The notes beneath the pieces are model-generated. The model saw only the letters and a list, made by a program, of their open reading frames with translations, was not told where the DNA came from and made no database searches. Positions 50,367 through 59,204 of a stretch of DNA of 64,000 nucleotides are shown here, in pieces. The stretch's first letter is position 1. Each line of letters begins with the position of its first letter. The position numbers and the translations under genes were made by a program. The DNA comes from an uncultured delta proteobacterium (GTDB lineage Bacteria; Myxococcota; Myxococcia; Myxococcales; Myxococcaceae): contig CAVZMH010000003.1 in the NCBI GenBank assembly GCA_963776345.1, positions 64,001 to 128,000 on the forward strand, given 5' to 3'.

Positions 50367-50893
50367 CCCGCTTCGCCGCTCCCGGTCGCCTCGAGCGCTG
50401 GGTGGCGCGCCCGGTCTTCTGGTGGACGGCGATGGGGCTCCTGGTGGGGGGCCTCCTCGTCTCGGGGGTGTCCCGCCCCGTGCCCCCGCGGCTCCCGGTG
50501 CTGGATCGGGTCCCGCCCACCGGCCGGGGGCGGCTGGTCGTCTTCGGTGATCCGGCGTGCCCGGAGTGCGTCGCCGCCAGCTCCGGGGCGCTGCGCTCCC
50601 TCTCCCGTCACCTCCGGTCGGTCCGCCAGGGCTTCGATCTGGAGTGGATCAGCCTGGGCGACGCGGCGACGGCCCCCGCGCTCGGACCGCCGGTCCTCAC
50701 GGTGGACGATGGTTCGCGCGCTGCACCTCTGGTCGCGTTCCTGGCGCGGAGCCCGGAGCAGGCCGCGCTCCGCCGCGGCGAGCGCGGGGTGCTGGTCGAT
50801 CCGGCCGGCAAGGTCCGGGCGCTGCCCGTGCTCTCCGATCCGCCCGCGCGCGATCTGCTGCCGGCGATCACCCAGGTGATCAACGGTCGCTAG
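50363..50893 (+). CDS. Degenerate SCO/thioredoxin-like membrane-anchored protein
   Basis: N-terminal TM then PPRLPVL; CPEC; late VLVDPAGKVR, as in the SCO strand LVDxxGxIR. Confidence 0.5.
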   Translation: MTRFAAPGRLERWVARPVFWWTAMGLLVGGLLVSGVSRPVPPRLPVLDRVPPTGRGRLVVFGDPACPECVAASSGALRSLSRHLRSVRQGFDLEWISLGDAATAPALGPPVLTVDDGSRAAPLVAFLARSPEQAALRRGERGVLVDPAGKVRALPVLSDPPARDLLPAITQVINGR

Positions 50894-50937
50894 CGAACAG
50901 TCCGGGCTCCCGGGCGCTGCTCGACTGTTCGATGTTT
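50894..50937 (+). terminator. Possible terminator hairpin
   Basis: CGAACAGTC (50894) and GACTGTTCG (50923) inverted repeat followed by ATGTTT, right after the stop codon. Confidence 0.35.
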
Positions 50938-51105
50938 GACTGAGCAATGAAGTGGTGTTTCCAGGCAGGGCTTCATTGCTTCTGCTTCAAACGACGCGGC
51001 GTGGCGTGAAAATCCTTTGTTTGGAATCTTCGCCCGGTTGTCCCTTTAGTTGCGCGCGCAATGGATGCCGCTCGATGTGGCGAGCGGCCGAGGGAGGAGG
51101 GTGGC

Positions 51106-52413
51106 ATGAAGCTGCGCGTCCTTGTCGTCGCCGCTGCCGCGCTGGCAGTGCTGCTACCGGGATCGGCCGGGGCGATCCCTGCCTTCGCCCGGAAGTACAA
51201 CGTGGCCTGCAGCACCTGCCACGAGGCCTGGCCGAAGCTGAACGACTTCGGGCAGCTGTTCCGTGACAACGGCTACCGGATGAACCGGGGCAAGGACAAC
51301 CCCACCGAGCAGAACGGGTCGTACTGGCCGATCGCCATGCGCACCACCGTGGGCTACCAGTTCGCGCAGCAGGAGGGGGTGGCGGTGGCTGAGCCGCCGG
51401 GGACCACCACCACCAAGACCGGGACTCTCGGCTTCGCCGGCCTGGACATCCTCACCGCCGGTGCGCTCGGCGAGCAGATGAGCTGGCTGCTGGTCTACAC
51501 CCCTGGGCTGGGGAGCGCGGGATTCGGAACCGGGCCCGCAGACGGAGATCTGGAATCGGCCTTCGTCGGCTTCCACCGCCTCTTCGGAACACCGTTCCTC
51601 AACCTCCGGGTGGGGAAGCACGCGCCGGATCTGCCGGTGGACGAGCACCGGATCCTGACCCTCACCCAGGGGTACAACATCTTCCACTTCCATCCGCAGG
51701 GAAGCGCCGCGACCTTCGAGCCAGGGAGCAACCAGGCGGGCGTGGAGATCTACGGACACACCGAGCTGGACGAGCTCCGCTACTCCGTCACGGTGGCCAC
51801 CGAGAACGACGCCATCTTCTCCAAGAACTGGGTCAGCTCGCCGGTGGTCTGGGCCAGGGTCTCGGGGAAGGTGATGCTCAACAACGGGATCCTGCCGGAG
51901 ATCAAGGGCGGAATCTTCGGCTCCGCCGGCTGGCACCCGGTCCAGGCGCTGACCGATCCTGCCTCGGGGGACCCGGTGAGCGGCACGGCCTACTCCAACC
52001 AGCCCTACCAGAAGTTCGGGGCCGATCTGCACCTGCTCTTCTTCAGCACCGTGAACCCCCTGGACATCACCGGGGTGGTGATGTTCGGGAACGAGGACCA
52101 GGCGCTGATCGCCAATGGCACCCGGTCCGCGCAGTGGCTCGGCGGGTTCGTCGAGGTGAACTGGGTCCCCACCTTCAACTGGGCGATCGTCGGCCGGTAC
52201 GAGCAGATCGCCACCACCCAGGCCGGGGACCCCACGGCGGCGCAGGATGAGGGGGATCTCACCGCGTTCACCCTCGCGATTCGCTACACGATGGAGTTCT
52301 CGAACCGGGCGGCGGTCACCCTGGTGCTCGAGGGTAGCCAGGTCTCCACCACTTCGTCGGGCATGCAGCCGAAGGGCAGCACTGTGCTCGCCGGCATCGA
52401 CTTCGCGTTCTAA
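51106..52413 (+). CDS. cyc2: Cyc2/Cyt572-like fused monoheme cytochrome c - outer-membrane porin
   Basis: GGAGGAGG RBS; signal peptide ending AGA; IPAFARKYNVACSTCHEAWPKLNDFGQLFRDNGY; about 370 aa of amphipathic strands ending GIDFAF. Confidence 0.8.
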   Translation: MKLRVLVVAAAALAVLLPGSAGAIPAFARKYNVACSTCHEAWPKLNDFGQLFRDNGYRMNRGKDNPTEQNGSYWPIAMRTTVGYQFAQQEGVAVAEPPGTTTTKTGTLGFAGLDILTAGALGEQMSWLLVYTPGLGSAGFGTGPADGDLESAFVGFHRLFGTPFLNLRVGKHAPDLPVDEHRILTLTQGYNIFHFHPQGSAATFEPGSNQAGVEIYGHTELDELRYSVTVATENDAIFSKNWVSSPVVWARVSGKVMLNNGILPEIKGGIFGSAGWHPVQALTDPASGDPVSGTAYSNQPYQKFGADLHLLFFSTVNPLDITGVVMFGNEDQALIANGTRSAQWLGGFVEVNWVPTFNWAIVGRYEQIATTQAGDPTAAQDEGDLTAFTLAIRYTMEFSNRAAVTLVLEGSQVSTTSSGMQPKGSTVLAGIDFAF

Positions 52414-52430
52414 CCGGAGGAACCACGCGC

Positions 52431-53186
52431 ATGGCCTCGCTCCGACCCGTCCTCGTCGCCACCCTCGGCATCGCCGCGGTGGCGCTTCTCTCCGGTGCCG
52501 ACCAGGGCGGTGACGCCGCCCCGGTACCCATCGATCAGGGCCTCGTCGCCCGCGGCAAGCCGCTCTACGAGCGCTTCTGCATCAGCTGTCACGGACCGCA
52601 GGGCGACGGCCAGGGATACGCCGCCCAGTGGCTGGATCCGCTGCCCCGGGATTTCACCTCGGGCATCTTCAAGTGCCGCTCGACGCCGAGCGGGACGCTG
52701 CCCACCGACGCGGACCTGATGCGCACGCTGCGCGTCGGCGTCTACCACACGTACATGCCGCCCTGGGCCGCGCTGGGGGACTGGAACCTCCGCGCGCTGG
52801 CCGAATACATCAAGACCTTCTCGCCGAAGTGGAAGGAGGAGGCGCCCGGGCAGCCGATCACCATCCCGCCTGCGCCTCCGGACGACGAGGCCTCCCGGAA
52901 GCGCGGCGCGGTGATCTGGGCCAACAACCAGTGCGCCAAGTGCCACGGGGCCAAGGGCAAGGGCGACGGGCTCTCGGTGCCCACCCTGATGGACGACTGG
53001 GGTCACCACATCACCCCGTTCGACTTCACCAGCAGCGACGCCCGGAAGTGCGGGAACACCGACACCGATCTCTACCGGACCTTCATGACCGGGGTGAGCG
53101 GCACGCCGATGCCCTCCTTCGCCGACAGCCTGAAGCCGGAGGAGGCCTGGGACCTGGTGCACTTCCTCCACACGCTCCGTCAGTAG
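52431..53186 (+). CDS. Diheme cytochrome c
   Basis: Signal peptide; CISCH and CAKCH; PRDFT; MPPW and MPSF distal Met motifs. Confidence 0.9.
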   Translation: MASLRPVLVATLGIAAVALLSGADQGGDAAPVPIDQGLVARGKPLYERFCISCHGPQGDGQGYAAQWLDPLPRDFTSGIFKCRSTPSGTLPTDADLMRTLRVGVYHTYMPPWAALGDWNLRALAEYIKTFSPKWKEEAPGQPITIPPAPPDDEASRKRGAVIWANNQCAKCHGAKGKGDGLSVPTLMDDWGHHITPFDFTSSDARKCGNTDTDLYRTFMTGVSGTPMPSFADSLKPEEAWDLVHFLHTLRQ

Positions 53187-53202
53187 GACCGATCGCCCAC
53201 CG

Positions 53203-53844
53203 ATGACCACCGCCGCCACCCACGTTCACCACGAGGTCACCGCCAGCTGGCCACCCGACGCCCAGTTCGGGAAGGCCAACCCCGCCAAGCTGGCGATGTG
53301 GATCTTCCTCCTCTCAGACTGGCTGTCGTTCGCCGGGCTCCTCCTGGCCTATGGCATCCTCCGAGCCGGGAACGCGGTGTGGCGCCACCCGGGAGAGCCG
53401 GCGCTCAACATCCCCTTCACCTGCCTCCTGACGCTGGTGCTCATCGCCTCGAGCATCAGCGTCATCGTGGCCCACGACGCGGCGCTCGGGGGCGACCGCC
53501 GTCGCACCGCGCGCTGGCTGGGCATCACCGCCCTCGGGGGGGTGCTGTTCCTCACCGGCCAGTACGCGGAGTGGATCGGCATCCTCCACCCCGGGCTGAT
53601 GCACGAGGGTCTGGTGTTCGGGCGCTCGGCCTACGCCAGCACCTTCTACGTGATCACCGGCTTCCACGGCCTGCACGTCACGGCCGGCGTCATCTACCTG
53701 CTCGCGGTGCTCGGGCGCACCGCCCGGGGCGTGGCCCGGGCCCAGGAGGTGGAGCTGGTGGCGCTCTTCTGGCACTTCGTCGACCTGGTCTGGAACCTGG
53801 TGTTCGTCCTGGTCTACCTGGTGCCTACCGGAGGTGCGGGATGA
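53203..53844 (+). CDS. Heme-copper oxidase subunit III-like (copy 1)
   Basis: KLAMWIFLLSD, FYVITGFHGLHV, LFWHFVDLVW. Confidence 0.9.
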   Translation: MTTAATHVHHEVTASWPPDAQFGKANPAKLAMWIFLLSDWLSFAGLLLAYGILRAGNAVWRHPGEPALNIPFTCLLTLVLIASSISVIVAHDAALGGDRRRTARWLGITALGGVLFLTGQYAEWIGILHPGLMHEGLVFGRSAYASTFYVITGFHGLHVTAGVIYLLAVLGRTARGVARAQEVELVALFWHFVDLVWNLVFVLVYLVPTGGAG

Positions 53845-54137
53845 GCACCTCGGCGGCGGCCCAGAACCGCACCCGTGACTACTTGGTGATGCTGGCGGTG
53901 ATGGTCGCCCTCACCGTGCTCGAGGTGGGGGTGGCCCTCGTCCCCGGGCACGCGGGCTGGACGGTGGTGCTCCTCCTCGCGCTGGCCCTGGCCCAGGCGG
54001 TGTACTTCGCGCTCTACACCATGCACCTCTCGCGAGAGACGGTCGCGCTGCGACGGATGGCGGCCGGGCCGGGCGTCATCGCCGCGTTCTACGCGCTGGT
54101 GCTGGTCGCCGAGGCAGCCTGGAGGCACTTCACGTGA
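53841..54137 (+). CDS. Heme-copper oxidase subunit IV-like
   Basis: Three TMs, LTVLEV and YTMHLSRE motifs; ATGA coupling. Confidence 0.75.
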   Translation: MSTSAAAQNRTRDYLVMLAVMVALTVLEVGVALVPGHAGWTVVLLLALALAQAVYFALYTMHLSRETVALRRMAAGPGVIAAFYALVLVAEAAWRHFT

Positions 54138-54298
54138 CGCTGTTCCAGCTGGTGCTGCTCGCCTGTCCCGCCTGTGCCGCGAACTCCGCCTCTCCGGGGG
54201 TGGCGGTGCTCCTCCCGGCGCTGATCGGGACGCCCTTCCTGGTGGCCGGGGCGGTCATCCTCGGCATCCGCAAGGTCTCCCGAGGAGGGGAGTCATGA
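54134..54298 (+). CDS. 54-aa membrane protein with a CxxC motif (not in the ORF track)
   Basis: Reads VTLFQLVLLACPACAANSASPGVAVLLPALIGTPFLVAGAVILGIRKVSRGGES; 4-bp overlaps with both neighbours. Confidence 0.7.
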   Translation: MTLFQLVLLACPACAANSASPGVAVLLPALIGTPFLVAGAVILGIRKVSRGGES

Positions 54299-55080
54299 AG
54301 CTCGCGCTGCTCGCCGCCGGTCCGCTGGGAATCGGGCTCCCCTTCGATGCCTCGAAGGATGGCTGGCGGATCGACGAGATGATCAACACCACCACCACCT
54401 TCGTGGGGGTGATCTTCCTGATCATGGTGGCCTGGATGGCCTGGTCCATCTTTCGCCACGGCCCGAAGCACACCGCGGTGTTCGACCACGGAGACAAGCG
54501 CAGCTCCTGGATGTGGACCGTGGCCACCGCCGGGCTGATCTTCGTGGTGGTGGACGGTGACCTCCTGGTCCGAACCCTGATCGCCGTCAACCGGATCTAC
54601 TGGAACTTCGAGGAGGCCGAGAAGCGGCCGGACGCGGTGCGGATCGAGATCAACGCCCACCAGTGGGCCTGGTCGGTGCGCTACGCCGGTCCGGACGGCA
54701 AGTTCAACACCGCCGACGACGTGATCACCCTGAACGAGGTGGTGCTCCCCAAGGACGCCCCGGCCCTCTTCCAGGTGGCCTCCACCGACGTGCTCCACAG
54801 CTTCAACGTCCCCAACATGCGGATGAAGGTCGACGCGGTGCCGGGGACCATCAATCGCATGTGGTTCACTCCGGCCCAGCTCGGCGACTACGAGATCGGC
54901 TGCGCCCAGCACTGCGGCGCCAACCACTACAAGATGCAGGGCATGGTGCACGTGGTGGAGCCCGCCCGGTTCCAGCAGTGGCTGGCCGCCGCCTCCGCCA
55001 ACGCGCGCCAGGGATACGACCCCCAGGACACCGAAGCCCACTGGGGCTGGGACTGGGCCGAGCACACGAGGGTTCGATGA
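54295..55080 (+). CDS. coxB: Cytochrome c oxidase subunit II (CuA)
   Basis: Two TMs, HQWAW, STDVLHSF, DAVPG, CuA motif CAQHCGANHYKM. Confidence 0.9.
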   Translation: MKLALLAAGPLGIGLPFDASKDGWRIDEMINTTTTFVGVIFLIMVAWMAWSIFRHGPKHTAVFDHGDKRSSWMWTVATAGLIFVVVDGDLLVRTLIAVNRIYWNFEEAEKRPDAVRIEINAHQWAWSVRYAGPDGKFNTADDVITLNEVVLPKDAPALFQVASTDVLHSFNVPNMRMKVDAVPGTINRMWFTPAQLGDYEIGCAQHCGANHYKMQGMVHVVEPARFQQWLAAASANARQGYDPQDTEAHWGWDWAEHTRVR

Positions 55081-56882
55081 TCGCCGAGGAACACCTGGAC
55101 CGAGAGACGCTGGAGCTGGCCGAGGCGCTCCAGCCGATCCATCACCCGCCGGAGACCTTCTTCCGCAAGTACCTCTGGTCGCTCGACCACAAGGTCATCG
55201 CCAAGCAGTACCTGTGGGCCGGCCTGATCTTCCTCCTGGTGGGCGGCACGCTGGCCATGCTCATCCGCTGGCAGTGGGCCTTCCCCGGCCAGCCGGTGCC
55301 CGTCCTGGGGAAGATCTTCCTCAGCGACTCCGGAGGGGTGATCGGCCCCGCCCAGTACATGCAGGTGTTCACCATGCATGGACTGATCATGATCTTCTTC
55401 GCCATCACCCCGATCCTGATCGGCGCGTTCGGGAACTACTGCATCCCCTTGCTGATCGGCGCACGGGACATGGCGTTCCCCTGGCTGAACGCGCTCTCGT
55501 TCTGGGTGTTCGCCCTCTCGCTCTGCCTGGTGGTGGGCGCGTTCTTCGGCGACCTCGGCGCGGCCGGGGCAGGGTGGACCACGTACCCGCCGCTCTCCAC
55601 CAACGTCGGCACGCCCGGCAGCGGCCAGACGCTGATGATCTTGGCGATCTTCGTCACCGGCGTCTCGTCGATCATGGGCGGCATCAACTACGTCACCACC
55701 GTCATCCGTCTGCGGGCGCCGGGGATGACCTGGCTCCGGATGCCGCTCACCGTCTGGGGGCTGTTCCTCACCGCGGTGCTCAACGTGCTCTTCATTCCGG
55801 TGCTGGGCTCGGCGGCGCTGCTGCTCCTCCTCGACCGGGTGTTCGGCACCCAGTTCTACCTGGCGGGGGTGGCCACCCAGGGCGGTGGAGACCCGATCCT
55901 CTTCCAGCACCTGTTCTGGATCTTCGGCCACCCCGAGGTCTACATCCTCATCCTCCCGGCCTGGGGCATCGTGGGCGACCTGCTGGCCTTCTTCAGCCGC
56001 AAGCCGGCCAACTGGTACCTGGGCACGGTGCTGGCGATGACCGCGGTGACCGTGCTCAGCGCGGTGGTCTACGGCCACCACATGTTCATGACCGGGCTCA
56101 ATCCGTTGCTCGGGCAAGGGTTCATGGTGTTGACCCTGATCATCAGCGTCCCGGCCGAGCTGCTGTTCCTCAACTGGCTGCGCACCATCTGGAAGGGCTC
56201 CATCCGGCTCACCACGCCGATGCTCTTCTCCCTGGGGATGGTATTCGTCTTCGGGTTCGGGGGCCTCACCGGCCTGTACCTCGGCGCGGTGGCGCCGGAC
56301 TTCTACCTCCACGACACCATGTTCGTGGTGGGCCACTTCCACTTCACCATGGCCGCCGCCTCGTTCCTGGCCAGCTTCGCCGCGCTCTACTTCTGGTTCC
56401 CCAAGATGTTCGGTCGGTCGATGAGCGAGCCCCTGGGGAAGGCGCACTTCTGGATCACCGTGGTGGGTATCACCCTGGTCTTCGGCGGGCAGCTGCTCGC
56501 CGGGTACTCGGGACAGCACCGGCGGCTGTACGACCCGTTCGTCTACCAGTACCTCCAGCCGCTCCGGGCGCTGAACCGCTACACCAGCTACGCGGCCTTC
56601 GTGCTCTTCCTCGGCCAGCTGGCCTTCATCTGGAACTTCTTCCACTCCATGGTGCGTGGACCGAAGGCCGAGGCCAACCCCTGGCAGGTGGGGACGCTGG
56701 AGTGGTCCATTCCCTCCCCGCCGCCGATCCACAACTTCGACCACCTCCCCATCGTTCGTCGCGGTCCGCACGAGCTCTCCAGCCCCGAGGTCCGGGCCCG
56801 GCTGGGACGGGACTGGATCGGCCAGGCGGAGGTGCTGCCCGACGCGCGCGATGTTCCGACGACGGCGCCGGCGCGCGGGTGA
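55077..56882 (+). CDS. coxA: Cytochrome c oxidase subunit I, A-family-like
   Basis: DHKVI, TMHG, RDMAFP, GWTTYPPL, WIFGHPEVY, GHHM, HDT..GHFH, HRR. Confidence 0.93.
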   Translation: MIAEEHLDRETLELAEALQPIHHPPETFFRKYLWSLDHKVIAKQYLWAGLIFLLVGGTLAMLIRWQWAFPGQPVPVLGKIFLSDSGGVIGPAQYMQVFTMHGLIMIFFAITPILIGAFGNYCIPLLIGARDMAFPWLNALSFWVFALSLCLVVGAFFGDLGAAGAGWTTYPPLSTNVGTPGSGQTLMILAIFVTGVSSIMGGINYVTTVIRLRAPGMTWLRMPLTVWGLFLTAVLNVLFIPVLGSAALLLLLDRVFGTQFYLAGVATQGGGDPILFQHLFWIFGHPEVYILILPAWGIVGDLLAFFSRKPANWYLGTVLAMTAVTVLSAVVYGHHMFMTGLNPLLGQGFMVLTLIISVPAELLFLNWLRTIWKGSIRLTTPMLFSLGMVFVFGFGGLTGLYLGAVAPDFYLHDTMFVVGHFHFTMAAASFLASFAALYFWFPKMFGRSMSEPLGKAHFWITVVGITLVFGGQLLAGYSGQHRRLYDPFVYQYLQPLRALNRYTSYAAFVLFLGQLAFIWNFFHSMVRGPKAEANPWQVGTLEWSIPSPPPIHNFDHLPIVRRGPHELSSPEVRARLGRDWIGQAEVLPDARDVPTTAPARG

Positions 56883-56889
56883 GCCTCCG

Positions 56890-57489
56890 ATGACCGGCGT
56901 TCTCCTGTACCGGCCGCTGCATGCCCGCGAAGAGGCCACGGCGCGGGTGGGGATGCTCCTCTTCCTCGGCAGCTGGGCGATGATGTTCGCCGGGCTGTTC
57001 TTCGCCCTGGGGGTGGTGCGCTGGCGAAGCCCGATGTGGCCCCCCGAGGAGGTGGGCCCGCTCCCGGTGGGCTGGGCCGCCCTGAACACGGCGCTCCTTA
57101 TCGGGTCGAGCCTAGCGCTGGAAGTCGCGCTGCGCGCCGTGCGGCGGGCGAAGCTCGCGTCGATGCGCACCGCGCTGAGCGTGGCGCTGGCGGTGGGGCT
57201 GGCCTTCCTGGGGAGCCAGGTCCTCCTCTTCGCCAGGATGGTGAACCTGGGCGTCCGCTGGGACGCCGGGGCGTTCGGCGGCGCGGTGTTCGGGCTGTGC
57301 GGCTTCCACGCGCTCCACGCCGCGGTGGGCCTCGCGGGGCTCGCCGCGGTGCTGGCCGCCGCGATGCGCGGCGTGCTCCAGCCGGCCCGTCACCTGCGTC
57401 TGCAGCTCTGGACCCACTACTGGCACTTCGTCGGGGTGGTGTGGCTCATTCTCTTCCCGGCGGTGTTCGCCGGCACCGGCGGAGGCTGA
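56890..57489 (+). CDS. Heme-copper oxidase subunit III-like (copy 2)
   Basis: GMLLFLGSWAMMF, NTALLIGSS, GFHALHA, YWHFVGVVW. Confidence 0.85.
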   Translation: MTGVLLYRPLHAREEATARVGMLLFLGSWAMMFAGLFFALGVVRWRSPMWPPEEVGPLPVGWAALNTALLIGSSLALEVALRAVRRAKLASMRTALSVALAVGLAFLGSQVLLFARMVNLGVRWDAGAFGGAVFGLCGFHALHAAVGLAGLAAVLAAAMRGVLQPARHLRLQLWTHYWHFVGVVWLILFPAVFAGTGGG

Positions 57490-57492
57490 TCG

Positions 57493-58428
57493 ATGCGACG
57501 ACTGATCGCCTGGGTCCCGGTGCTCCTGCTCGCGGCGTGCGCGAAGGACACCCGACCGTTCAAGGCTCCCATGAAGCTCGCGGGGAAGATGGTGCCCGCC
57601 GAGACGCTGAACCTCGGCCGGACCAGCTACCTCCAGTACTGCCGCGCCTGTCACGGGAACGAGGGCAAGGGCGACGGCCCCTCGGCGCCGGGGCTCCGGC
57701 CCCCGCCGCGCAACTTCACGCAAGGGGAGTTCAAGTTCGGAGGGGTGCTCGACCAGAAGCTCCCCCGCGACGAGGACCTGGTCCGCATCGTCCGGAGCAA
57801 CCTGCATGGCACGGCGATGCTCGGCTGGGAGGTGCCTGAGCGGGAGCTGACCGCCATCATCCAGTACCTCAAGACGCTCTCCGACGCCTGGAAGGACGAC
57901 GACGCAGTGGGCGAGCCGGTGGTGGTGGCCCCCGATCCCTTCGGCCCCGGAAAGGAGGCCGAGGCGATCGCACGCGGCAAGCTGCTCTACCACGGCTTCA
58001 CCCAGTGCCTGAACTGCCACCCCGCCTACGCGACGCCCCAGGAGATCAGCGACGCGTCCCAGCAGCTGAACGGCCACCCGACCACGGATTTTCGCGCCGA
58101 CATGTACTTGCCGGAGATGAAGCCCAGCGACTACACGGCCTCGGACGGCAAGGCGGTGCAGCTCCTGCCGCCCGACTTCCTCCTCAACCCGGTCCGCTCC
58201 ATCCAGCCCGGCACGGAGCTGACCGACCTGTACCGGATTCTGGTCTCCGGCGTGACCGGCGCGGCGATGCCGGCCTGGGATCCTCAGGTATTGCCCGACA
58301 AGACCCGGGACGTGTGGGCGCTCGCGTACTACGTCCGCTCGCTCATCCAGATGCGCGGCACGGAGCAGGCCCTGGCGTTCAAGTCGCGTCTGGCGAGCTC
58401 CGCACCCCACCCCAAGGGTCCGCAGTGA
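57493..58428 (+). CDS. Diheme cytochrome c lipoprotein
   Basis: Lipobox LLAAC; CRACH and CLNCH; PRNFT; AMPAW. Confidence 0.9.
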   Translation: MRRLIAWVPVLLLAACAKDTRPFKAPMKLAGKMVPAETLNLGRTSYLQYCRACHGNEGKGDGPSAPGLRPPPRNFTQGEFKFGGVLDQKLPRDEDLVRIVRSNLHGTAMLGWEVPERELTAIIQYLKTLSDAWKDDDAVGEPVVVAPDPFGPGKEAEAIARGKLLYHGFTQCLNCHPAYATPQEISDASQQLNGHPTTDFRADMYLPEMKPSDYTASDGKAVQLLPPDFLLNPVRSIQPGTELTDLYRILVSGVTGAAMPAWDPQVLPDKTRDVWALAYYVRSLIQMRGTEQALAFKSRLASSAPHPKGPQ

Positions 58429-58652
58429 GCGGGGAGGCGACCGTGCTCCGGCTCTCGAGCGTCCACCGGGTGGTCATCACCTCGGCGCTCCTGGTGTGCA
58501 TCGGGGTGACGATCTTCGGGCTGACCAGGCCCGAGGGACCCGCGCGGGGCGACTGGGAGGCCCTGGGGATCACCGGGCTGTCGGTCGCGGTGCTGCTCGG
58601 CGCCTACCTGTCCTGGTTCGTCGCCCGTCACCCCAGACCTGAGCGGCGCTGA
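58425..58652 (+). CDS. Small two-TM membrane protein closing the oxidase operon
   Basis: GTGA coupling; LSSVHRVVITSALL and a second hydrophobic helix. Confidence 0.6.
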   Translation: MSGEATVLRLSSVHRVVITSALLVCIGVTIFGLTRPEGPARGDWEALGITGLSVAVLLGAYLSWFVARHPRPERR

Positions 58653-59136
58653 GCGGCGCGACGCCGCGGACCTTGCCGTGGTCGCCGTTCTGCGGCCCCT
58701 GGACGAGCCGTGGCTCGCCGAGCCGCCGCAGGAGGCCCCGGAGCTCGTGCTGCTCGGTGGGATCGAGGACTCCGAGGACCCTCTCGCCGGCGCGGAGCAC
58801 CAGTGGCTCGAGCTTCCGGTGCCAGCGCCGGCCGGCGGGAGTCAGGGTGACCAGTCGCCTTCGCTGGTCCAGGGGGTCGAGCGCCCGGGCGGTGAGCCCC
58901 CGGCGGTCCATCTCGTCGAGCAAACGGGAGATCCCTGCCGGGTGCTGGCCGGTGATCTCCGAGAGGTCCTTCTGGGTCGCTGCCCGCCGCTCCACGAGAC
59001 GGGCGGCGACGATCCAGGCCCCCATGTCCTCACCGCGGTTTCCCAGCTCGTGGCCGGCCGCGAGGTAGAGGGCCCGACGGGCCTTGGTGATCAGGCGGGT
59101 CAGCTCGGGCAACAGAGTTGTGCCTGCGCTCTGCAT
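58570..59136 (-). CDS. MarR family transcriptional regulator
   Basis: TQKDLSEITGQHPAGISRLLDEMDRRGL..DPLDQRRRLVTLTPAG. Confidence 0.88.
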   Translation of the reverse strand: MQSAGTTLLPELTRLITKARRALYLAAGHELGNRGEDMGAWIVAARLVERRAATQKDLSEITGQHPAGISRLLDEMDRRGLTARALDPLDQRRRLVTLTPAGRRWHRKLEPLVLRAGERVLGVLDPTEQHELRGLLRRLGEPRLVQGPQNGDHGKVRGVAPLSAAQVWGDGRRTRTGRRRAAPRPTAR

Positions 59137-59188
59137 GGCGGTCCTCACGCTGGAGATCTTCCCAAGAGGACACCCGGGGGACAATTCG

Positions 59189-59204
59189 TTGCGTGAACAC
59201 GCAA
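59189..59204. promoter_or_regulatory. Inverted repeat TTGCGTG-AA-CACGCAA upstream of marR (candidate operator)
   Basis: Perfect 7-bp arms in an AT-richer gap about 50 bp before the MarR start. Confidence 0.55.

Noticed and set aside
55077..56882. cbb3-type oxidase or nitric oxide reductase assignment
   Set aside because: GHPEVY with Tyr, D-channel residues and a CuA subunit II indicate the A family
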